DNA of 22,231 nt, from positions 1 through 22,231 of the forward strand of contig JBMYPC010000046.1 of NCBI GenBank assembly GCA_049599895.1. The letters are read 5' to 3'. The translations under genes were made by a program, and so were the position numbers. The notes beneath the pieces were generated by a model, which was not told the DNA's origin, did not search any database, and was given only the letters and a program-made list of their open reading frames with translations. This stretch comes from Bacteriovoracaceae bacterium (GTDB lineage Bacteria > Bdellovibrionota > Bacteriovoracia > Bacteriovoracales > Bacteriovoracaceae). This document shows, one piece after another, positions 1 through 9,142 of the stretch (position 1 is the stretch's first letter; every line of letters starts with the position of its first letter).

Positions 1-2
1 TT

Positions 3-812
3 CCTTTTGGAATCTCTCAAATTGGAAAAGCTTTTCGAAATGAAATTACTCCAGGGAACTTTATTTTTAGAACTCGTGAGTTTGAACAAATGGAGATGCA
101 ATACTTTGTAAATCCTGGGGATCAAATGGAGCATATGGATGCTTGGAAAGAAGTGAGATGGAATTGGCATCTTAAAAATGGTTTAAGACCTGAGAAATTA
201 AGATGGGCTCCTCACGGTCCAGACAGTCTTGCTCATTATGCGGATGCTGCAACAGATATTGAGTATGAATTTCCTATTGGCTGGGGAGAGATGGAAGGTA
301 TCCACTCTCGTACAGACTTTGATTTAAAACAGCATGAAGAGTTTTCTGGAAAAAATCTTCAATACATGGATCAAGTGAACAATAAAAAGTTTTTACCCTA
401 CGTCATTGAGACATCTGTTGGTTGTGAAAGGTGTCTCCTTGCTATTCTTTGCGATGCCTATCGCTTGGAAAATGAGGGTGACAAAGAAAACGAGAGAGTC
501 GTTTTAAAGCTTGCTCCTCATCTTGCCCCAATTAAAGTCGCAGTACTTCCACTTGTAAAAAAACCAGTCGTTCATGATCCTGCAATGAAACTTTTTAAAG
601 AAATCCAAACTGAATATAAAGCCGAGTTTGATGTCGCTGGCTCAATTGGAAAGCGCTATAGAAGACAAGATGAAATTGGAACACCTTTTTGTATCACTTA
701 CGATTTTGATAGTAATGATGATCAAAAGGTGACCATTCGTCATAGGGACACGATGAGACAAGATCGGATCGCAATCGATCAAGTTTCGAAGTATCTCAAA
801 GATCATTTGTAA
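3..812 (+). CDS. glyQS: Glycine--tRNA ligase, alpha2 (homodimeric) type, 5'-truncated by window edge
   Basis: Frame is open from position 3 ([31 protein letters not shown] = class II motif 2), so the ORF-track start at 90 is internal. Also [20 protein letters not shown], motif 3 [10 protein letters not shown], and anticodon-binding domain [18 protein letters not shown]. Confidence 0.96.
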   Translation, partial: PFGISQIGKAFRNEITPGNFIFRTREFEQMEMQYFVNPGDQMEHMDAWKEVRWNWHLKNGLRPEKLRWAPHGPDSLAHYADAATDIEYEFPIGWGEMEGIHSRTDFDLKQHEEFSGKNLQYMDQVNNKKFLPYVIETSVGCERCLLAILCDAYRLENEGDKENERVVLKLAPHLAPIKVAVLPLVKKPVVHDPAMKLFKEIQTEYKAEFDVAGSIGKRYRRQDEIGTPFCITYDFDSNDDQKVTIRHRDTMRQDRIAIDQVSKYLKDHL

Positions 813-817
813 TAATG

Positions 818-844
818 AGGGCCTTTAAAGGCCCTTTTTTTATT
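818..844 (+). terminator. Intrinsic (rho-independent) terminator
   Basis: Perfect inverted repeat AGGGCCTTTAAAGGCCCT (818-835) followed by a T run, directly after the glyQS stop. Confidence 0.8.
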
Positions 845-865
845 GAAAACGTTTGAGGAGGCGTT

Positions 866-3526
866 ATGACAAAATGGGTTTATTTGTTTTCAAAAGACAA
901 AACCGAAGGAAACAAGGAATTAAAAAACCTATTAGGTGGGAAAGGGGCCAATCTCGCAGAGATGTCGAGTTTGGGACTTGCTGTTCCTCCTGGTTTTACA
1001 GTAACTACTGATGCCTGCCTTGATTATCAAAAACAAAACAAATCTTTCAACGATGAAATGAGATCACAAATTGAAACCGCTCTTGTCGAAATTGAAAAGA
1101 TTACCGGAAAGAAGTTTGGAGATTCTGAAAATCCTCTTCTTTTTTCTGTTCGATCAGGTGCGAGAGCTTCAATGCCGGGAATGATGGATACCGTCCTTAA
1201 TCTTGGGCTCAATGAAGAGAGTGTTAAAGGGCTGGCAAAATTAACAGGAGACGCTCGTTTTGCTTGGGATTCCTATCGCCGATTTATTCAAATGTTTTCC
1301 AACGTTGTCATGGGCTTTAATCTTTCAATGCTTGAATCAACTCTTGAAGATTTAAAAGAGGCCAGAAACTATAAAGAAGATACAGAGTTAGATGCTGAGG
1401 ATCTTGAAGAGCTTTGTGAGGTCTTTAAAAAAATAATTCTCGAAGAATCTGGAAAAGTTTTTCCAACTGATCCAAAAGAGCAGCTATGGCAAGCCATTGG
1501 TGCAGTTTTTGATTCATGGGATAATCCAAGGGCCAATAAATACCGAGAGATCCACGAAATCCCACATGACTGGGGAACCGGTGTGAATGTTCAGTCAATG
1601 GTTTTTGGAAATCGTGGAGAGACAAGTGGTACTGGTGTTTGCTTTACAAGAGATCCGTCTACTGGAGAGAAAAAGTTCTTTGGTGAATATCTTCTTAATG
1701 CTCAAGGGGAAGATGTTGTTGCTGGTATTCGAACTCCACAACCAATTAATGACGCTTCTAAAAATGAGGGGAATCAAAATCTTCAAACCTTAGAAGAGGC
1801 AATGCCAGAGATTTTTTCTGAGCTTACTGAAATTTATCAAAAATTAGAATCTCATTATAAAGACATGCAAGATATTGAGTTTACCATTGAAGATGGAAAG
1901 CTTTATTTACTGCAGACCCGAAATGGAAAAAGAACAGCTGCAGCCGGAATTAAGATTGCGGTTGATCTTGTAAGCGAAGAAATTCTCTCAAAAGAAGAAG
2001 CTCTTTTAAAGATTGAACCCGAAAGCTTAAATCAACTCCTTCACCCAAGACTCGATCCAAATTTTTCAAAGAACATTCTTGCTAAAGGACTTCCGGCATC
2101 TCCTGGAGCTGCTACAGGAAAAATCGTTTTCACTTCAGAAAAAGCTCATGAAATGGGATCAACCGGACAAAGAGTTTTGTTAGTCAGACAGGAAACATCT
2201 CCTGAAGATATTGCAGGTATGGTTGCAGCTCAAGGGATTCTTACAGCCAGAGGTGGCATGACTTCTCACGCGGCTGTTGTTGCTAGGGGAATGGGAAAAC
2301 CTTGTGTTGCTGGTTGTAGTGCACTTTTTATCAATCACAAAGAACAAACTTTAACTATTCAAGGCAAAGTTTATAAGAGTGGGGATTTTCTCACGATTGA
2401 TGGTGCTACCGGAGAAGTCATTGATGGAGAAGTTCCGACAATCCCAGCAGATATTTCTGCTGAGTTTTCAACATTTATGAGCTGGGCAGATGACGTCCGT
2501 TCATTAAGAGTGAGAACCAATGCTGATACTCCTGAAGATGCGCAAACCGCCGTAGATTTTGGGGCTGAAGGAATTGGTCTTTGTCGAACTGAACATATGT
2601 TTTTTGATGCTGAAAGAATTAATGTTGTAAGAGAGATGATCTTTGCTGAAGATACGCCAAACCGAAAAGCAGCCCTTGAAAAACTTCTTCCTTTTCAACA
2701 AGAAGACTTCGAAGGTCTTTTTAAGGCCCTCGATGGAAAACCTGTTAATATTCGTCTTCTCGATCCTCCTCTGCATGAGTTTTTACCAGCGGGAGCTGAG
2801 GAAAAAAAAGATCTTGCAAGTTATCTAAAAGTGGATATTCGTGAAGTGGAAAAAAGAATTGATCAGCTTCATGAGTTTAATCCTATGCTAGGGCACAGAG
2901 GTTGTCGTCTTGGTGTCAGCTATCCTGAAATTTATGAAATGCAGGTTGAGGCCATCGCAAGAGCTGCTGTTTCAGCAAAGAAAGAGGGTTCAGAAGTTGA
3001 AGCTGAAATTATGATCCCACTCATTAGTGTTCAGGGAGAGCTTAGGATTCTCAAAGATGAGCTCATTAAAAAAATCGATACTGTCACAAAAGAATTAGGT
3101 GAAACATTTGATTACAAAGTGGGGACGATGATTGAGCTTCCAAGAGCAGCGATTCTTGCGGGAAAGCTTGCAAAAGATGCAGCTTTCTTTTCTTTTGGAA
3201 CAAATGACCTTACTCAAACAACTTTTGGTCTTTCTCGTGACGATGCTGGAAAATTTCTTCCTGACTACGTGAGAAGAGGTCTGCTGGCAAAGGATCCTTT
3301 TGTATCCCTTGATAAAGAAGGTGTTGGATATCTTGTAAAATTTGCCACAGAGGCCGTAAGAGCGGTTGATAAATCTCTACATCTTGGAATTTGTGGTGAG
3401 CATGGCGGAGATCCAAGTTCAATTGATTTTTGTCATAAAATAGGATTGGACTACATTTCATGTTCTCCTTTTAGAGTTCCCATTGCGAGACTCTCAGCTG
3501 CTCAGGCGAAAATAAAAGAGTCATAA
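866..3526 (+). CDS. ppdK: Pyruvate, phosphate dikinase
   Basis: 886 aa; LLGGKGANLAEM, SVRSGA..SMPGMMDT, phospho-His motif GGMTSHAAVVARG, GIGLCRTEHMF, NPMLGHRGCRL, FSFGTNDLTQ, GICGEHGGDP; RBS GAGGAGG at 855-861. Confidence 0.98.
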   Translation: MTKWVYLFSKDKTEGNKELKNLLGGKGANLAEMSSLGLAVPPGFTVTTDACLDYQKQNKSFNDEMRSQIETALVEIEKITGKKFGDSENPLLFSVRSGARASMPGMMDTVLNLGLNEESVKGLAKLTGDARFAWDSYRRFIQMFSNVVMGFNLSMLESTLEDLKEARNYKEDTELDAEDLEELCEVFKKIILEESGKVFPTDPKEQLWQAIGAVFDSWDNPRANKYREIHEIPHDWGTGVNVQSMVFGNRGETSGTGVCFTRDPSTGEKKFFGEYLLNAQGEDVVAGIRTPQPINDASKNEGNQNLQTLEEAMPEIFSELTEIYQKLESHYKDMQDIEFTIEDGKLYLLQTRNGKRTAAAGIKIAVDLVSEEILSKEEALLKIEPESLNQLLHPRLDPNFSKNILAKGLPASPGAATGKIVFTSEKAHEMGSTGQRVLLVRQETSPEDIAGMVAAQGILTARGGMTSHAAVVARGMGKPCVAGCSALFINHKEQTLTIQGKVYKSGDFLTIDGATGEVIDGEVPTIPADISAEFSTFMSWADDVRSLRVRTNADTPEDAQTAVDFGAEGIGLCRTEHMFFDAERINVVREMIFAEDTPNRKAALEKLLPFQQEDFEGLFKALDGKPVNIRLLDPPLHEFLPAGAEEKKDLASYLKVDIREVEKRIDQLHEFNPMLGHRGCRLGVSYPEIYEMQVEAIARAAVSAKKEGSEVEAEIMIPLISVQGELRILKDELIKKIDTVTKELGETFDYKVGTMIELPRAAILAGKLAKDAAFFSFGTNDLTQTTFGLSRDDAGKFLPDYVRRGLLAKDPFVSLDKEGVGYLVKFATEAVRAVDKSLHLGICGEHGGDPSSIDFCHKIGLDYISCSPFRVPIARLSAAQAKIKES

Positions 3527-3531
3527 AAGCC

Positions 3532-4455
3532 TTGGAATTTGCAAAATCGTTTTTTGATTTTTTAGACGGCCAAGAAAAGTTTCGTAATTTCGATTATGGA
3601 AGCTTCTCCTTTATTGATTTTAAGAACTCAAAGTTTGAAACTTTTAATTTCTCTTTAAAAGAAAAAGAGACTCTTGATTACAATCCAATTTTTGATCTTG
3701 CGAGTTTAACAAAGCCATTAACAATGGGCATGGCCTCAATTATTAATAAAGATCAGATTCGCAAGGAAGTTTTGAGCCTTGTCGAGCATAGAGCAGGGCT
3801 CCCTGCTTTTGGAAGGCTTAAAAAAGAAAGCTGGAAGGAGAATATATCAAGTTTTCCTCTTAAAGAGTCTGATGTTCTCTACTCTGATTATTCAGCTTTA
3901 AGAGCGCAGCTTGAAATGGAGGGTCTTTTTAAAAAAGACTTTCAAACTCTTTGCCACGAACATCTCGATGAAAAAGTGACTTTTTGGAAAGATTTAACTG
4001 ATTTAGAAATGGAGATTTGTTTACCTACGGGAGTTCGCCAAGGAAAAGTGATAAAAGGTGAAGTGCACGATCCTAATGCTTACAACCTTGGAGAGTTTTG
4101 TGCGCATGCAGGATTGTTTGGTGATATTCATAAACTGTCTGAGCTTTTAGTTAGTTTTAATCAAAAGTTTGATCTTCTTAGATTTCTTAATTCTGCTTCG
4201 GAGTCTAGCGATAAAAGGTTTCTTTATGGTTTTGATCGTGTTCAAGATTTAGAGAAGACTCTTGCTGGGAGAGGATGCTCACATAAGACCTTTGGCCACC
4301 TTGGCTTTACAGGAACTTCAATGTGGATGGATTCAGAAATTCAGCGCGGCGTTGTGATTTTAACCAATGCAACACAAAACTTTTGGTTTGAGAGGAAGTT
4401 TCTTAATAATTTAAGAAAATTTGTTGGAGAATTTGCTTGGAATCTCGAGAAATAG
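3532..4455 (+). CDS. Serine hydrolase of the beta-lactamase/class C PBP fold, AmiE(YbbE)/YfeW-like
   Basis: SxxK in FDLASLTK, YSD second motif, GEVHDPNA, HAGLFG, FGHLGFTGTSMWMD, ILTN. No signal peptide. TTG start 5 bp after the ppdK stop. Confidence 0.85.
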   Translation: MEFAKSFFDFLDGQEKFRNFDYGSFSFIDFKNSKFETFNFSLKEKETLDYNPIFDLASLTKPLTMGMASIINKDQIRKEVLSLVEHRAGLPAFGRLKKESWKENISSFPLKESDVLYSDYSALRAQLEMEGLFKKDFQTLCHEHLDEKVTFWKDLTDLEMEICLPTGVRQGKVIKGEVHDPNAYNLGEFCAHAGLFGDIHKLSELLVSFNQKFDLLRFLNSASESSDKRFLYGFDRVQDLEKTLAGRGCSHKTFGHLGFTGTSMWMDSEIQRGVVILTNATQNFWFERKFLNNLRKFVGEFAWNLEK

Positions 4456-4568
4456 AAAAGTTCTCTGGCAGTGATGTTGAGCCTGTATTAAAATAATCTA
4501 AAAAATTTGAGTACTTTTTGTACTCTCGTTTTAGTGCTCCCAGAGTACTTAATAAAAGTAGTCGGAAA

Positions 4569-6020
4569 ATGTTTGAAGAATATTGTTGGACCCAAGGAAA
4601 GATTGAGAAAAGCGCTGACAGCATTAAGCGAATTTTTTTCTATCGAATCTGTGGAACAGGAATGGGAGCAGCAGCAACTCTATTAAAACAAAAAGGTTAT
4701 GATGTTGAAGGGGCCGATGTTAATTTCTACCCTCCGATGTCTGATTATCTCGAACAGTCTGAGATTAAAGTTCAAAAACTCTCTGATGTGACCGATGAAT
4801 ACTTAAAAGAGTTCGATATTGTAGTGGTTGGAAACGTTGTTGCTGGAAAAAGTGAGGACGGTGATCGAATTAAAAATATGCAAGTTCCCTATTGTTCATT
4901 TCCTGCCATTTTGGGGGCACTTGTTTTAAAGGACTATCATGTTGTAGGCGTTGCCGGAACTCATGGAAAAACCACAACGACCTATTTTTTAACTCAACTC
5001 TTTGAAGCCTTGGGTGAAGAACCAGGATATTTCATTGGTGGAATTATGGAGGGGAGGCCTCCTGCGCGACTTGGAAAGAGTAAATACTTTTTTATTGAGT
5101 CTGATGAATATGATTGTGGTTTCTTTGAAAAGTTCTCAAAGTTTCATCTTTATAAAATCAATTCACTTATCCTAACTTCCCTTGAATTTGACCATGCCGA
5201 TATTTATAACGATGTGGAAGAGATTAAAGACGAATTTCGAAAGTTACTTCCAACACTAAATGAAATAATGATTGGGAATGTGGATTATCCTCATTCATTA
5301 GACCTTATTCGAGAAAAAATCGTTGATCGAATTAAAGCCCTAATTCCTTATGGGCAAGCAAGTCACAATGGCCCACAAATTATTGAAGCTTCAGAAAAAG
5401 GAACGAAGTTCTTTGTTCGATACGGACAAAACGAAGACCTTTATGAAACAAATTTAATTGGACGACACAATATCGCTAATATCTCAGCGGCTGTTATTTT
5501 TGCTTTAACTCAAGGATATTCCAAGTCGGAAGTGAAGGCCTGTCTTTCTAATATCGTTCATGTAAAGAGGCGCCAGGAGTTAAGGGGAAATTACAATGGC
5601 ATGCCAATCATTGATGATTTTGCTCATCATCCAACGGCAATTCAATTAACTCTTGAAGGTATTGAACAACAGTATCCAGACAAAAAAATCATTGTCCTCT
5701 ATGAGCCAAATTCGGCAACGGCAAGAAGTAATATCTTTTTACAGGATTATCTTCATGCTTTTAGAAAGGTCGCCCGATTTGCGGTAACAAAGATCAATCG
5801 ACCAACATCAGCGAAAAACAATAAGACTCTGAGCTTAGAAGAGCTAAATGAAGGTCTTATTGATAAGGGTGTTGATACAATTATTGTAAAATCTCTTGAT
5901 GAGGTTCAAACCTTTATTGAGACATTAGATCATGAAGATTCCATTCTTCTTGTGATGTCCAATGGGACTTGTCTGGGACTTTGGCAATCAGACTTTATCA
6001 AGAACCTTGAGAAGGCATGA
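4569..6020 (+). CDS. mpl: UDP-N-acetylmuramate:L-alanyl-gamma-D-glutamyl-meso-diaminopimelate ligase (murein peptide ligase)
   Basis: Mpl-type motifs ICGTGMG, D.NFYPPMS, GTHGKTTT, E.DEYDCGFF.K.SKF, LEFDHADI, DDFAHHPTAI, MSNG. Start placed at ATG 4569 rather than TTG 4518 (uncertain). Confidence 0.88.
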   Translation: MFEEYCWTQGKIEKSADSIKRIFFYRICGTGMGAAATLLKQKGYDVEGADVNFYPPMSDYLEQSEIKVQKLSDVTDEYLKEFDIVVVGNVVAGKSEDGDRIKNMQVPYCSFPAILGALVLKDYHVVGVAGTHGKTTTTYFLTQLFEALGEEPGYFIGGIMEGRPPARLGKSKYFFIESDEYDCGFFEKFSKFHLYKINSLILTSLEFDHADIYNDVEEIKDEFRKLLPTLNEIMIGNVDYPHSLDLIREKIVDRIKALIPYGQASHNGPQIIEASEKGTKFFVRYGQNEDLYETNLIGRHNIANISAAVIFALTQGYSKSEVKACLSNIVHVKRRQELRGNYNGMPIIDDFAHHPTAIQLTLEGIEQQYPDKKIIVLYEPNSATARSNIFLQDYLHAFRKVARFAVTKINRPTSAKNNKTLSLEELNEGLIDKGVDTIIVKSLDEVQTFIETLDHEDSILLVMSNGTCLGLWQSDFIKNLEKA

Positions 6021-7675
6021 AAAAGCTTTTCTCAATAATCATTATTTTTCTAGGATTTCTTTCTTTTTCAAATGAAGCTTATTCATTTAACAAAAAATAT
6101 GTCGAAAAAAAATATAATCGCTACTTTGATCAACTCAACAGGGCTGTTTGTAGAGGAGGAGTTGAAGAAAAATTTGAGGAACTTTATAAAGACTTTCGAG
6201 GTTATGGCTTTTATATTCCGGTTCTCTCTAATGGAAAAATTGATAAAAAGACCATTAAAGAAATGTTACACCTATTAAGAGATAAGATTCGCTTTGTTCA
6301 AACGAATCTTAACTATATTGAACAACAGTATTCTTCGAAACAAACAAAGATGGCGATCAAACGCTTTGAAAAAGCTTTAAAGCAAGCGATAGTTTCAAAA
6401 AGTCTTAAAAATTTTAGTCCAAGTGAAGACAACAAAAAAAACCATGGAAGAGATTTTAAGAACTTAAGTCTTGAAATCGATAATCTTTATAACCAGATTC
6501 CTTTTCTTTTAAACTTTCTATTTCCAATCGATTTTTTTGAACTTCGTAAGCAGTATGATCAAGTTAATCGAGAGAAAGAAACATCAAAGAAAAATAAAAT
6601 CTATATTACACGAAAAATTTTAGAGGACGGAGCTCAAAACTCTGAACATAGAAGAAGTGATAAATTTTTAAGGGCCCTTTTGAGCACATCGTATATACGT
6701 CTCAAACAGCCTGCTTTGGAGCTATCAGATGAGCTTTATTACGATTTAAAAGACCTCATTAAGAGTTTAAAATCTCATCTCAAAAGAAGCCGGGAAAAAT
6801 TAAAAGAAAGACAAGTTGAATGGCTTGGGAGAACGAAGCTGATTTACAAGTTTTATAAAGAACTCCTTGAGAATGATAATAAGGAAGTTGAATACTTAAA
6901 AAAACAAAAACTCGCCCGGAGACGCTTACAAGACTATGTTCAGAAATATCAAACAAAGACTTATAAGTTTTGGAGTCAACGACCAAAGCTATATCGAGCG
7001 ATTTTTGCGACAGAAACAATTCTTGCCAACGAGGTAGGAAGACTTGATGTGAAAGAAAATCTTGAAAGAAAACTCATCTCAAGAGTTGTGAGGACAAGAA
7101 CACGAATGGAGGAGTACAACACTCCAAAGGCCAATGACTCTCTTTTTAAAAAAATTAAAGCCGCTGGAATCAAATCGTCTCGTTATCCTTGGCTCAATGT
7201 TCTCTTTAAAAAAGGTGAATTTAGTTTCACTTACTATTTTCTTCATGCGTCTCTTCGAAGTTTCTGTCCAGAAAGAACAAGGGCAGGCAGACGTCTTAGA
7301 AGTGAAAATGTAAAGATTGCGATGGAAATTATTGCAAAGAACCTGACAACTGAAGCAGTTCGTTATTTCTCGAGAGCTTCAATGGTTGGTCGGATAAAAA
7401 TGGACGCAATTTGGGATCGATTTGAAAAGCTTCCTGAGATGCCGGGAATTCTTCTTAAGCCAAGTGATTACGTGGTGCAAAAGTTAAAGCAAGGTAAGTA
7501 CCTATTTCTCTATCAATTCTCACAGGATGGAAAAGACTTCAGAGTGATTGAGCTTGATAATCGAAGATACACTTATGATAAAGCTCGAAATCGCCTCTAC
7601 GAATACAGAAATCCCTATTATTTCACCTATTTTAAAGAGAAGGTTGTTGATCAACAGCCTTCAAAAGAGTTATAA
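6017..7675 (+). CDS. Secreted basic protein with a long helical N-terminal region and a putative C-terminal SleB/CwlJ-like (Hydrolase_2) cell-wall hydrolase domain
   Basis: Sec signal peptide MKKLFSIIIIFLGFLSFSNEAYS; ATGA overlap with mpl. Motifs TILANEVG / ISRVVRTR / NVLFKKGEFS / TTEAVRYF resemble SleB-family motifs. The CDS is solid; the function is an inference. Confidence 0.6.
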   Translation: MKKLFSIIIIFLGFLSFSNEAYSFNKKYVEKKYNRYFDQLNRAVCRGGVEEKFEELYKDFRGYGFYIPVLSNGKIDKKTIKEMLHLLRDKIRFVQTNLNYIEQQYSSKQTKMAIKRFEKALKQAIVSKSLKNFSPSEDNKKNHGRDFKNLSLEIDNLYNQIPFLLNFLFPIDFFELRKQYDQVNREKETSKKNKIYITRKILEDGAQNSEHRRSDKFLRALLSTSYIRLKQPALELSDELYYDLKDLIKSLKSHLKRSREKLKERQVEWLGRTKLIYKFYKELLENDNKEVEYLKKQKLARRRLQDYVQKYQTKTYKFWSQRPKLYRAIFATETILANEVGRLDVKENLERKLISRVVRTRTRMEEYNTPKANDSLFKKIKAAGIKSSRYPWLNVLFKKGEFSFTYYFLHASLRSFCPERTRAGRRLRSENVKIAMEIIAKNLTTEAVRYFSRASMVGRIKMDAIWDRFEKLPEMPGILLKPSDYVVQKLKQGKYLFLYQFSQDGKDFRVIELDNRRYTYDKARNRLYEYRNPYYFTYFKEKVVDQQPSKEL

Positions 7676-7688
7676 GTTTAGTCTTATA
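7671..7688. promoter_or_regulatory. 18-bp palindrome upstream of metK, candidate repressor operator
   Basis: TATAAG-tttagt-CTTATA, ending 26 bp before the metK ATG. Confidence 0.35.
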
Positions 7689-7714
7689 TTTTATTCTTTC
7701 GATTGGAGATAAAC

Positions 7715-8878
7715 ATGCTTAAGGACTATATTTTCACTTCTGAGTCTGTAACTGAAGGTCACCCTGATAAAATGGCTGATCAGATCAGTGATGCAGTATT
7801 AGATGCGATGTTAAAGCAAGACCCAAACTCAAGAGTTGCTGCAGAAACAATGATCACAACTGGTCTCGTTGTTCTCGCTGGAGAGGTCACTTCAAGTGCT
7901 CAAGTTGATTTTCAAGAAGTCGTAAGAAATAAAATCAAAGATATTGGTTATGATCATTCAGATAAAGGCTTTGACTGCAATACATGTGCAGTGATGGTAA
8001 CTCTTGATAAGCAATCTCCTGACATCGCTCAAGGGGTCAACGAAGGTGAAGGAAGTTTCACTGAACAAGGAGCTGGCGACCAGGGTCTCATGTTTGGTTA
8101 CGCTGTCAATGAAACTGATAGCTTTATGCCGTTAACAATTGATCTCAGCCATAGACTCTCTAAGAGATTATCTGATGTCAGAAAGAATGGACCTCTCGAA
8201 TTCCTAAGAGCTGATGGGAAAACCCAGGTCTCTGCTGAATATGTTGATGGAAAGCTTAAGAGAATCCAAAATATTGTTGTTTCATCACAACATGCTGATG
8301 ACGTAAGTCTGTCTCAAGTTCAAGAAGCGATTAGAGCTGAAGTCATTGATCCAATTATTCCAAAAGAATTTATCGATAATGAAACTAAGTTTTACATCAA
8401 TCCAACTGGTAAGTTTGTTATTGGTGGGCCAATGGGTGACTGTGGACTTACCGGTAGAAAAATTATTGTCGACACTTACGGTGGGCACGGAGCACACGGT
8501 GGAGGAGCCTTCTCTGGTAAAGATCCTTCAAAAGTTGATAGAAGTGCTGCCTATGCTGCCAGACACGTAGCCAAGCATATCGTTGCGGCAGGGCTCTCTG
8601 AAAGAGCACTTGTTCAGGTTGCTTATGCAATTGGTGTTGCTGAGCCAATGAGCTTTCTCGTAGAAACTTTTGGAACAGAGAAAGTTGAAGTTGCTAAAAT
8701 TAATGAGGCCGTAAATAAGATCTTTGATATGAAGCCAAGATCAATTATTGAACGGCTTGATCTTTTAAGACCTATTTATTCTGAAACAGCAGCATATGGT
8801 CACTTTGGTAGAGAAAGTGCCACAAGCTTCACTTGGGAGCGACTTGATAAGCTAGAAGAGCTTAAGTCTTATTTTTAA
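7715..8878 (+). CDS. metK: S-adenosylmethionine synthetase
   Basis: [73 protein letters not shown] 7715 is preceded by GGAG (7705-7708), so it is preferred over TTG 7703. Confidence 0.98.
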   Translation: MLKDYIFTSESVTEGHPDKMADQISDAVLDAMLKQDPNSRVAAETMITTGLVVLAGEVTSSAQVDFQEVVRNKIKDIGYDHSDKGFDCNTCAVMVTLDKQSPDIAQGVNEGEGSFTEQGAGDQGLMFGYAVNETDSFMPLTIDLSHRLSKRLSDVRKNGPLEFLRADGKTQVSAEYVDGKLKRIQNIVVSSQHADDVSLSQVQEAIRAEVIDPIIPKEFIDNETKFYINPTGKFVIGGPMGDCGLTGRKIIVDTYGGHGAHGGGAFSGKDPSKVDRSAAYAARHVAKHIVAAGLSERALVQVAYAIGVAEPMSFLVETFGTEKVEVAKINEAVNKIFDMKPRSIIERLDLLRPIYSETAAYGHFGRESATSFTWERLDKLEELKSYF

Positions 8879-9105
8879 TGGATCTTATTTACTTCGTCTT
8901 ACGCCATACACCTTGGTGGTCGGTACCTCTTACAATTATCGGTGCCCAATTCGGTTATACTTTTTGGCTAAAAGATAGGCGAAGGCTGAGCCTTATGTTT
9001 TTTCTCATTGCAGCATTTGCCTGTTTGGCCACTGTTTACTACATGTACGCAGGTGGTCCCAATGCGACACCTAGGCATTTTCAAAGGTTTATGAATACTT
9101 ACTGA
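8878..9105 (+). CDS. Small two-helix membrane protein of unknown function
   Basis: 75 aa; TAATG overlap with the metK stop; two hydrophobic segments separated by a basic loop (KDRRR). Confidence 0.7.
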   Translation: MDLIYFVLRHTPWWSVPLTIIGAQFGYTFWLKDRRRLSLMFFLIAAFACLATVYYMYAGGPNATPRHFQRFMNTY

Positions 9106-9126
9106 AATGCTGCATCGTGTGCCTGC

Positions 9127-9142
9127 TGTTGAAAAATTGACA
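9127..9142. promoter_or_regulatory. Putative FleQ-box-like / TGT-N10-ACA operator overlapping the -35 element
   Basis: TGTTGAAAAATTGACA; the 14-bp core GTTGAAAAATTGAC resembles sites at 13711 and 13840. Confidence 0.5.

Noticed and set aside
3532..4455. Antibiotic-resistance beta-lactamase
   Set aside because: No signal peptide; motifs (YSD, GEVHD.NA, GHLGFTG) fit the AmiE/YfeW-like hydrolase branch rather than AmpC.
4466..4480. Sigma54-like element TGGCAGTGATGTTGA upstream of mpl
   Set aside because: Spacing is right but the -12 dinucleotide is GA rather than GC; too weak without other support.
7676..7714. SAM riboswitch upstream of metK
   Set aside because: Gap is only 39 bp, AT-rich, with no SAM-I/II core motifs.
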